From contig NC_135758.1 of assembly GCF_052425735.1 (NCBI RefSeq), forward strand, positions 32,860,001 through 32,924,000: a stretch of 64,000 nucleotides of DNA, given 5' to 3'. The translations under genes were made by a program, and so were the position numbers. Positions 24,362-35,300 of the stretch are shown here, piece after piece; positions within the stretch are counted from its first letter, which is position 1; every line of letters starts with the position of its first letter. Below the pieces are notes generated by a model. It was not told the DNA's origin and did not search any database. It saw only the letters and a list, made by a program, of their open reading frames with translations. This DNA is from Oculina patagonica (Eukaryota).

Positions 24362-24484
24362 AAAGCACATGTACATAATTCAAATATCTGATATCTATAC
24401 TGCCAAAGACCTTTGCTTAATCACTTTTCTTTTCCTGACCCAGTTATGTTTTGCTCTGTACTAAAGCAGAAAAGAGATTAAATT
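24362..24484. repeat. Right copy of the 123-bp direct repeat
   Basis: Identical by eye to 20764-20886. Confidence 0.92.
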
Positions 24485-24589
24485 CTGAATTCAATGCCAG
24501 GGAACAACACTCAAAATAATTGACACTGACAAGTAGAAAAGGTTGATGCCATCTGATGGTGTGGCTCATCAAGCAAGAGTCTCCCATCA

Positions 24590-27500
24590 TCATTTTTTTG
24601 TGAAATCAGTTATTTTCCTTGACTTCTTGCTTGGCTGGGACTGTTTGTCACTCTTCCTTTTGACTGGTGAGCTTTTGCTTTCTTTGCGAGGGTCTGAAAA
24701 GTGAATAACGAAAGGTTTGTTACAGGAAACAGTATCCAATAAGGGACATTTCTTAAAGGAAGTAAAAAAAAAAATGAAGACTGTATAACAAGGCAAAATA
24801 TAGCAAATAAAGAACTGAGCTATTCCCTTAAAAAAATAGTTGAGTTTGTTGTCAATTCTTGTTTACTTCAGGGTTGATTATGGTCTTTAAGTCACGTTTA
24901 TGGTCATCTAAGATAAAACCCATTAAGAACATTCATTTGGATAAGAATACTTCATTAAGACTTGGCGTTAAGGATGCGTGCTTATGAATTGGTAAGGCCC
25001 TATGTGCCATGAGGCACGAGGAGGATAGGTGAAAGCTTATGAGTAGGTGCATGAGAATAAAAGATGATTAAGTCACCAATAAAAGGCATGCACTAAGTGC
25101 AGGAACAGGGCCTGAAGTGATAATTCAAATTACAGTAGAACCCCGGTAACTCGAACTGTGAAGGGAAACGAAAAACAGTTCGAGTTAGCAGGGTTTCGAG
25201 TTATCAGGGTAGATTGAATATTTAATTCGCCAAGTTAATAATTGATAGTTTACTGATTTTTCAGCACTTTAGTATACAGCACAGTGTAAGTTAAACTTAT
25301 CTCATCAGAAACTCTTACACGATCATAAATTCTTAGGATAAGAATGGAAAAAGGCTGTCAAATACGTGATCTGTTTTCATTTGTTGCTCTATTCAATAGG
25401 CAACCGTGGCGAGTTGCAAGAACCGAAATTCGAGTTATCGGGGTAAATTTGACCCAAATTTGATAAAGGGAAACAAAATTTAGTTCGAATTAGCGGGGTT
25501 TTTGAGTAATCCGAGTTCGAGTTAACCGAGTAAAAATGACTGAAACGTGAGTTCAAATCCAAAGGAAATGGAAGTTTGTTTGAGTTATCCGAGCCGAGTT
25601 ACCGGGGTTCTACTGTAGTCACCTTCATCTGCACCGCCACCATAATGGTTGGCTCTGGCCTTCTTCATCCGAGCAAGATTGGTATTCACAGCCACCTTGT
25701 GATCCACAATCGGGCGAGGATAGTCTTTACCAATAACACATCCTGCTGTTCTTTGCACACTGAGTGGGGCAGTCCACGGCTCATAGATGTATTTTGGTGG
25801 GTATTTCTTCAAAACTGGTACATATTTCCTGTCAAAAAAATAAATTTCTTGTAAAATAAGCAGTGTAATGCCCATAACCCCAGCCATAATGTTAAACAAT
25901 GGGTAGTTTTAATACTGCATATGTCAATGCTCTGGTTGCCAGACTTGCAAGCACTTCAATGCTATCACCAAGATACGAGGCCCTAAATGTATCTTTGCCA
26001 TCAGTGATCATTTTACAAAAATGACAGAAAATCTTTGTGTACTGCATATCTGGCCATAGATGCTCCCATCTCTATATCAGTGAAACTGGGCGAAGCCTCA
26101 GAAGTTATTTTGGTGAGCATTGCGAAGCATACACAACACCATTTCTGGTTTCCCTGTGGCACAAAATTTTAACTCTAAGGGCCACAGTATCACAGATGTC
26201 CAGGTGCGGGGAATGCATTTGTGTAGTGGAAACAACATCCAGCGCAAAAAACTTGAAATGAGGCTGATTTTTCGCCTGGGAACAGTGCAGCCAAACAGAC
26301 TTAACATCGATTTTAGCTTTATTTAAATTGTGTGTGTGTGCTTTTTTGTGCGCACACGCTCTCAAACTTACGTAGTTACAAACACTGCGTATTATAATGG
26401 ATTTTATAACACTGATAAAGGTTAGTATACCTGAAATGTCTGCTGTAAGTAACTTTTTATGGCACATTTTGATATTTAATGTCTATAATATTAGTAGTAT
26501 ACTTAACCTTTCAAAAACTCGGTAGTTCAAAACCTAACTAACGATTGCATTTTTTGCTACCAACAATCATATGACAAACAAAAAGGATCGAAATCTACCA
26601 ATCACAACTGAACAGTGTGGCCTTTTTACTATGACTATCTGATTCCTTAAAATTGAACAGACTGAACCAATACGCCCAGTCAGCAGAAGGCAGCAATAGC
26701 CTCTTTACATGTTCCTTGTGTAACAGCTACGAAAGTGCCTAGACTATGAGCAGTCGCTATTTTTTGCAGAGTCAGTCAAGTGTGAAGTGAAAAAAATCAC
26801 TTATTTTTTCGCTTCAAGCTTGACGGACTCTTCAAAAAAAAATTTTTCCTTCAAGCTCGACGGACTCTGTGAAAAAATAGGGACTGCTCGTAGTCTAGAA
26901 AGTGCCATGATCAGTTTTCAAATTTATCTCACTTGATGTATTCTCCATTGGGATCAGTTTTCTTGCCAAATGCCACAGGACTGTAAACCCTGAAGTAAGC
27001 ATGAAAAAAGGCACTTGCAGATAACCACAGCCAGTTCCCAGCATTTAAACTCCAGTCGTGGTCAAGAAGATACTTCTCAAAAACCTGAAATGACACAATC
27101 ATATTACTAGCCAGGCTGTTATAGGAGTTTTAGAAAATGTTTGCAAAACCTACTTTTAATTAATGTCATACTGAACAAAGTCAGGCAGATAGCTTGATTG
27201 TATTTGATCAGCTTCGCTACACAGTACTAGACAGAATGGGCAGATTTTGCGAAGATGTTGAAGTGTTCACTTAAGTACTTAGAGCAAGCAAAAAAATCTA
27301 AATTTACTTAGAGATATAACTGTAATAAAATTGTGTTAAACTAGTTACTGAAGTTAAAGAGAGCAGTCTTGCTACCACATTGCTTTTGAAACTTTATGGT
27401 CTCTTACAGAAAAGAGAAACTAGTCTTGTTTGTTCTTGATGCATCTTGAAAGACCTTAATCAAACTCCTATTACAGAGCTTGATTTGACAAGGTATTTGT

Positions 27501-30260
27501 TGTTGTTGTTGTTGTTGTTGAGTATATAGTTTAATGATCTTCACCTTCAAACCTTCCTCCCAGCTGACCCACAAGTCTCCTCTGGTTAAGAAACATGCTA
27601 CAGCATGTCGTGCCAAATGATGTATCCATCCTTCCTTTCTCAGCTGAGTCATGATGGCATCAATGAAAGGATACCCAGTGTTTGCCTATGTTAAAGAAAC
27701 AAAAGACTTATTAATTTTTAAGTTAATATTTCTCTTTTTGATTGACTACCATAGCATCCTTCTTCTTGGAAATCCCCTCGCATGATGACTACCCTTCTTA
27801 AAGGAAATAAAAGTGAATTCGAATTAATTTAAGTTGTGTTTATAATTATTATTTTGTCAAAAAAAAGTCCATGGGCAAGATTTGGTACCAGCTAAAGAGG
27901 GATGCACAGGACAGGAGGCTATGGAGAGAGACTGTTGATGGCCTATGCTCCTGAGAATGGGGTGAAGGGCTAACTGCTAATTTTTGGCTGCATTAATTTC
28001 TGCGACCTTAATTTTCATTAATGTTACCCCAAATTGTGGATCCTGTTCAGGCATAGTTGACTTTCTCTTTTCTGCAAATGTATTAGCTTGTATTTCAATC
28101 TCTTGCAACTGATGTGAAATCCTAGTATGTAGTCTAACAAGTATATTGTTTTCCATATATTCAGTTCATGCCTGCTTTCAGAAGGGCAGCTCGACATCTG
28201 AAACATCAACTTCTCTTATGATTTTAGCCCAAAAAATGCAATGTTGAAATAAAATTTGTTTTTGTAAAAACCATAGCAGGAACAGTCATGTGGTTTACAT
28301 ACCTCAGACCAAGCTTTGAGAAACTCTGGATTGGTGTCCCATGGCACTTGCAAGCAGACAGGGTTACCCTCCATTTTGTTGAAGTTAGGAGTGTCATATG
28401 CTGCAGTGAAGTAGAATTCACGCCATAACAGCTGTCCGTGTAGGGAAACTGGAGGTTTGGAATATTTCTTGGCCTGAAAATAGACAGGTTGTCAGAACTT
28501 GTTAATTGTCATGATCTTAGTATAACAGGACAGATAAAGTAATTGTAACTATTTTCTGAGTTGAAGAAGCATTTGGGCAACCATCTCCAAAAGTTTTAGT
28601 ACTTTAATTTCATTTCTCCTCTATAACTACTGCAAGTATTTCAAAGCTTCAGCTTATATTTAATTATTAGTATTTCTCTGAATAAACAAATAAATAACTT
28701 TATTGAAATTTCAATGAATTTAGCATTGCTGTGCTAATTAGGGACACTGTAAATAAACAAACAAATATTGTAAATGAAACAGAAATTTGTTAAAAAATCC
28801 ATACTGACAGAAGGCTATTACAGTAAAAACCCGCGTGTAAGAACCTACTTTTTTCAGAGTTTGGCAAAATAGGTTCTTGTATTATGGGGTACTTATTGAC
28901 AGTTTAGGCTAAGTAGGTTCTTAATCAGGTTCTTAATTTTTACAGAGTAGACATTGTTGTTGATTATCAGAAAATAGTATAAAATCTGGTCTGTTCTTCA
29001 TTATAAATATTTATTAATGTACCCATGTTTACTAAGATAAATGTACATTAGTTCCCCCAAATTCTTGATACAAAGATCAATCAATTATTGAATGTACAAT
29101 GACTTTTCCTTTCACTCTCTAGTGAAACTGTATGTACATTTAGGCCTAATGTCAACTTACTCGTGAGTACACATCAGACAATCTATGATAAAACAGTCTT
29201 GCTGAGAGGCAGCCAAACATGACATATGGACTAAGAACAGTGGTACTAGGTTCAATGGAGTTGGGTGCTGTGTTTGGCTTTTCAAACTTACATACCCAGT
29301 CCTACAAGAAAATAAGAAAATCAGTTTAAGGTTGAAAACTGGAATGAATGACATACAAATTAAACTAGTAATACTTGACTCGCAGGGCCTCGCGAACCTC
29401 TGGGTTGGGGAGGGAAGGAGTGATAACCGGTTTTAACCGGTGATTTGTTATTGTTGCCTAGTAACGGACATGGCCGCGACACCCTCGTTCCCAGGGTCTA
29501 CTCCTCTTTGAAAATGGCGGCTCTTTCTGGTTCGTAAAGAGGTCTAAAGCGTTGGGAAGCGCAGGCTATTTTCAAAATGATCGACAAATTATTAGATATT
29601 CACATTTTGGACATTTATTTCAGGGCATTAAAAAAAAAGAAGAACGAACGGCAGGAGGATTCGAACCCTCCGCCCGCGCGCCCCTGATGGCCATGAAAGG
29701 TTTATAGCCTGAAAAGGCGTTGAGGGAGTATTATGTGGAAATCAGTGTCATTTTAATCCGAAAAGAAAAACAATAAAAATGAAAGGCTCAGGATTCGAAC
29801 CCACACGTAAACTCCACACGAGATTTCATCCCGCCTGAGCCCTTTGAGGGACAAAATTATACACCCCGCTACGCTCGGCCTTCGGCCTCGCTTCGCAAGG
29901 AACAAATCTGGAATTAAATCCATAATGAAAAACAAAAGTTATTTATCAACTTGTTCACAAAACCATTACGGTGAAGCTCTACCAGCGGGGTTCCCAGGTC
30001 ATTTGTTCAGCTGATTTTTCAACCCTATACTAGACTAGATACCGAAAATCCCTAACCCTATCCCAGACTTGCTTTTTTTAGAACTGTATCACTATTAGTG
30101 TTTTTAATGGAAAACCCTCTGCAACAACATTGCCGCGATAATTTTATTTATGTTTGGTTACACCTCTTTCCCTTCAGAGTTTCTGTTCCTATTCTGAACT
30201 TAATTCTTCATACCACTAATCAGTTTCCAGCAATTGATACCATAATGACATGTATCCTTT

Positions 30261-30291
<31 letters not shown>

Positions 30292-32245
30292 TCATATATG
30301 GGAGTTGTCTCTTCCATATGACAGACCCTCCTGGGCTGACTCATATACCTACCTCTCTCTGCATGTGTTTATCTAGCCGTCTTAAAGCTTCTGTTTCACC
30401 ACCAGAAAAAATGACACCACTAGATTCTTCAGGCGTTTCAATTCCAAGTTCCTCTAGTGTTGGTAACTGGTACTCATTATCGTCAGTCAGTGGAGTAGAG
30501 CAACCATCAAACATTTTCTTGTCCACAACAGGAAATAGCTTTAAAGGTGGCCCCATTGATGACAACACAGAGCAAAACTTCTTGTATGTTAAGGGAGCTT
30601 TTCCACCACTTTTTTTGATGATCCTAAGAATTTTAAAATTAAAAGTAAACCAAGGAATTGAAATAGTGCAGTTTTCATTTTATGTGGTAACCTCAAGAGA
30701 AGGGTAGAGAGAATGAATTTCATGACATGTACCAGCAGCTAATCCAAAATTCATTCTTAATCAAGAAACTATTCCCAGTCAATACATTGACCATGTTATG
30801 TCTATAATATATTTACAGCTCCTGTGCTCACTTTTCGGCTTTCTGTAGACTTTTAACCCTCCTGGATTACTTCATCTTTTCCTGGATTACTTCAAATTTT
30901 CCCCTCCCTGCCCTCTTACCTATAAGCAGGCTAAAGCAAACAAAGTCAGATGTTCAAATTTCTTAGCTCATCACTTACTCATCTAAATCATAAAGTGAAT
31001 GACAGACTCTTGTTTCTACTTCAATTCCAGCTTTTGAAGCAAGTTCACAAATCTTTGAATCTCGCTGTTTTCCTTCTGGTTCATGATCAAATTCAAACGT
31101 CAGTTTTGTAATCTTCCATGCTTTGAACAGTCTTGGTAATTCTAGTTCAGGTTTCCCTTGAATAACGAATAACCTATGATAAGAAAAAGATACATTGCTT
31201 TTAAACAACCAAAAGTGATAAAGGTATGTATGCGGCATACTCGTTTTTAGAGCCACCTGTCATTCTAAGCTGGTGAAGCCTGGGGCACAAGGAACAAATG
31301 GCTCTGGGGACACATGATTTGATTAACTAAAATTTTAATAAAAAGAATTTAAAATCTAGCCAATCAAATCAGCTGTTTGAAAAATCCCTCAGAACAAAGG
31401 AATTCAGCAAAAATCTTGCAGACTTGAAAGTCTTAATAAGACGATACATTTTATAATAAATATATATTTGAAAGTGAAAGAAAATTTCCAAGGTTTTGAT
31501 ATAAATATTAGAAATGCAGCGTAAGATTCCAGGAAAACGGAACAGGTCAACATCTTTCTCAAAATACCTAGAAATGCTATTCTTTAGGGAATCAAAATAT
31601 TAAACTTTTTCCGGGCGAGCATGCCCCCAGACCCCCATAGACTTTATATTGACTCATGCCGTTGAGGTTCTATGATCTATTATTGGAAAAAGGTCGCCAT
31701 TTTTCCTGGACCTACACCTGATTTTAGTCTAAAATAATTTTATATGAATTAAGGGACTTTTCACATTCAATATAATATAACCAATCTGTTAATGTGTATA
31801 TGGTCAGCTTGTAGTGGCCTGTAGAGGCGAGAGGGGGTTGCACTGTACTTTTGGCCGGCCATCTTTTCAATAAGAACATGTGAGAACTGATTTTCATTCC
31901 ATGCAAATGTTTTTGTGACTCGTTCTGCCTTGCCCAAGGAAGTATTCCAGCACATGCAAATAAAATGGCCAAAGTAAGCTAAATATTCAGCAAGAACTCC
32001 CTGTTCTCTCACCTAGACCCCAAGCTCTTCAAACTGTTGTCCAGATCGTTGAGTGATTCGATTAAAAATCGCCAACGATTGAATCCCATGTTTCCATGTT
32101 TAACGTAATCTGGGTCAATAAAGAAAACGGGTCTGAGGGTCAAACTCGTCTCACATGCTTCCTTAAGAGACTGGTTATCGTGTAAGCGGAGGCCTTTACG
32201 AAACCAGTGAATGGTATGATGAACTCTCTGTGACTTCGCCGCCAT
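24590..32245 (-). CDS. (6-4) photolyase of the cryptochrome/photolyase family, 9 exons (32013-32245, 30979-31173, 30353-30623, 29161-29301, 28303-28473, 27545-27685, 26933-27084, 25623-25828, 24590-24693), 537 aa
   Basis: [12 protein letters not shown]; GQLLWREFY; [20 protein letters not shown] with both catalytic His; [23 protein letters not shown], typical of (6-4) photolyases rather than CRY1/2; spliced frame of 1614 nt is open. Confidence 0.9.
25133..25615. mobile_element. MITE (CAGTAG termini, TA TSD) a few nt from a photolyase splice donor; related fragment at ~59885-60115
   Basis: ta|cagtagaaccccggtaactcg ... cgagttaccggggttctactg|ta. Confidence 0.85.
26030..26480 (+). mobile_element. 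Degenerate Penelope-like GIY-YIG fragment with a mutated hammerhead motif
   Basis: [23 protein letters not shown] and [18 protein letters not shown] (frameshifted); CTGATAA-AGGT..ACCT-GAAA-TGTC at 26412-26440. Confidence 0.8.
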
Positions 32246-32344
32246 TTTCCTCTGGGTTACGTAACACGTTCAATTGGTAAAATTTACATGAAGTGCTCAA
32301 TAACCGCTATTCCACTGCGGGCGCCAACAACTCATACAAACAAA
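32246..32344. promoter_or_regulatory. 99-bp bidirectional promoter between the photolyase and DCTN3 start codons, with D-box and E'-box
   Basis: Palindromic GTTACGTAAC at 32256-32265, overlapping CACGTT at 32265-32270, ATTGG (CCAAT) at ~32273, AAAATGGC (YY1-like) at both ATGs. Confidence 0.7.
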
Positions 32345-35300
32345 ATGGCTGCCAAAGAGAAGGGAGCGTCGCTGGATGTTCTTGAGAAACGAATATCAGA
32401 GCTCGAAAGACGAGCACTTACCAGTGAAGAAGATGTCCTAAATTTAAAGGGTTCATCGGTAATTATATTGATTTGTACTGGTCGTAAGATCATGCCAAAA
32501 TAGTGCATTAACTCATAGTAAATAACTGCAAATAATGTTTTGATCTGTACTTTACTTGCAAAATTAAGTTATCCATTTCCTATTTTATTTTTAAAGTACA
32601 ATGTTCTTTGAGGACAGTGGCGAGTTAATATGGGAAATTTGGATGGGAAAGGCTTATATCCTATCCGGGGTGAGGATTACTCATAACCAGAAGATGTTTT
32701 ACATCATAGTTAGTAGACTATGTTACTAACTATGTTTACATAAACAAAAAGATGGGCCTATAACCAGGAGAGTTTAATTTACTTTAAAGTGCCTATGAAG
32801 TGAAAAATGTTTTTGTTTAGTTATAAAAATTACCATAAGAAATACAAGATTCCAAAGTTTGAAACGTGTAGTGGTAAAACTAACGATTTTACAAGCGCTC
32901 AAAGTTGTGCCATTTTCCCTTCAAAAATGGTCAGAGGAATGGGTCCAGTTTATTCCTGAAATGCGAGCCCGTGACGTCACTTGGGTGCCTCACGTTTGTT
33001 TGTGCGGTCAATCACACAGTCAGAGTTTACTGATTTTCTTGTACCGAAGGGATGAAAAGATGTTGAGCCTTTCAGAAATGACCGAAACTTCAGAAATATA
33101 GCAACGTTACCCCGAGGATGAAGAAACCACAACATTCAATAGTAAGATATTTTTACGCCGCAGATCTTGATTCCGCTTACTTGTCTACAAGTATGGCTCG
33201 TACCCGTACAAGTATTGACAAAAATCCGTCCTAGAAAGACGGTGGACTTCGAGTTTAAAAACAATACACTCTGCTGTCCTTTCTAATCAAAGTCTGATCC
33301 TGCGGATCCAAACCAATCCCATTACAAGTGTATGTTTCAACCACATAGTTTATGCAATTTATGTTCACTGGCTTTTTTAAAAATCTTGAGGTTTTCGCAA
33401 ATCTGTACATTAAGTTTGTGTTACAAACACATTTTTGTCCGCCAACGAAGTGACGTTAATTCGACGTGAAATCATTGTCAGTAGCCGTGAAGCCTTCCAT
33501 AAACCGTGAATCACCGTGAAGCTTGCAAATAAATATAAGGCACACAAATCACGCGGCAATAATTATAAACATTTGAGCGTGTCTCTGGTTTGAATTGTTA
33601 TCCCAGCTTTTGAGAAGGGGAAAAAAAATACATATGCATATGCTATAAAGGTAACGTGAAACCTTTTGAATAACGCCAACCACTCATACATGTAGTAAAA
33701 GTATCGCTGCACAAAAGTATCCGATTTAGATTCTTCTTTTCACAGGCAACTGAGTTTTTGAGAAGAGAACTAAGTAAATGAATGAGCTTCAAAGTTTAAT
33801 ATTTGCGTTCTAAATCTTGTCACAACGAACGTGACACAACGTAAGGTTTCCTTTTTGGCCAAATTTACATAAATATCTGTGAGACCCACACCAATTCGAA
33901 CGCTGTTTTTTCAAATTCCCATGACTTCAAGCTAAAACCTACATGTATTACCCTTGGATTTGCTGTTCATTCATTCCATTATCATCATCCGTCTTTCTTA
34001 TTTACTATCGGCTATTTCGAACTCCAAAGTGTGCCTAACCAAACCAAAGTGTGCTAACAGAGTGACTTGTGCTTCCAGGTGGGATCTTTGAAATCACCCA
34101 TAAGGTCTCCTTTCATTTATTTACTATCGGCTATTTCGAACTCCAAAGTGTGCCAAACAGAGCGACATGTGCTTCAAGGAGGGATCTTTGAAATCACGCA
34201 TAAGGTCTCCTTTCATTTATTTACTATTGGCTTTTTCGAACTCCAAAGTATGCCAAACAGAGCGACTTGTACTTCGAGAAAGGATATTTTAAATCGGCAC
34301 GCATAAGGCCTTCCTTCATTTTTCTTCTTAGTATCGCCCCTTTCAAACTCCAGTATCCGAACAGAGCGGCGTGTACTTTGAGGAGGTATCTTTGAAATCG
34401 TGCCAGTGAAAAACTGGCACGATACCTGGCGTGAACAAAGGATTTTTACAACTTTGCTGGTTAGGGGCACCAGCAACGCAAAATCGCTCTCGCTGTTTTC
34501 TTTTTGCTTTCTTTACTTTCGCCATTGAGGCACCCAAGTGACGTCAGCGAATAGTATCACGTGGTATTTTGACCGCGCGATTCAAATGACCATTTATGAG
34601 GGGAAAATGGCACAACTTTTAGCGCTTGTGAAATCGTTAGTTTTACCCCTATGCGTTTCAAACTTTGGAATCATGTATTTCAAGAGGTAAATTTTATAAC
34701 TAAACAAACACATTTTTCATTTCATAGGCACTTTAAAAGAAGGGGTGGGAGGCGAGTTTATGACTGGCATTTTCTTGTAACACTGGTTTTTCCAACTGGC
34801 AACCACAGGGATATCCTAGGCAGAAGAAAACTCAAGACTGGGGTTTGAACCCTCGAACTTGTCACTAGTGAAAATACTTGGAGACTCTTTTATTATTAGG
34901 GTAATTCTTTTTTATCTTTTATGTCAATATATAGTTTTGATACATACACTGTTCATCATACTTTTGTTGCAGTGTTTGGCAACCTTGAACAATGTTCAGA
35001 AAAATCTTGATAAAATTGGTTCCAAATATGGCAGAATAGCAGCAGTATGGAAAAGAGGTATTTATATATGTTGTGGTTTAATTTTATCCTTGGTTTAAAT
35101 TTTTTTAAACCAGCTTGATTTTTATCTTCCTTTGTTTTAGACTATGTTAATGAATATGAGACAATGAAAAATCAAAATCAAACTGGTTTGAAAAATTTTG
35201 AACCAAATATAAAATTGTTTCTGACAAAATGTAATTAACCTTTCTGAGTGGCGGTGTAAGTGGCCATTTTTCTTACTACAAGTGACCAGCTCCCTTCACA

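Noticed and set aside
29650-29810. tRNA-like ggattcgaaccc motifs
   Set aside because: Isolated B-box fragments with no cloverleaf; probably repeat debris
24590-32245. Calling this gene a circadian cryptochrome (CRY1/2)
   Set aside because: The [23 protein letters not shown] segment fits (6-4) photolyases better; a phylogeny would be decisive
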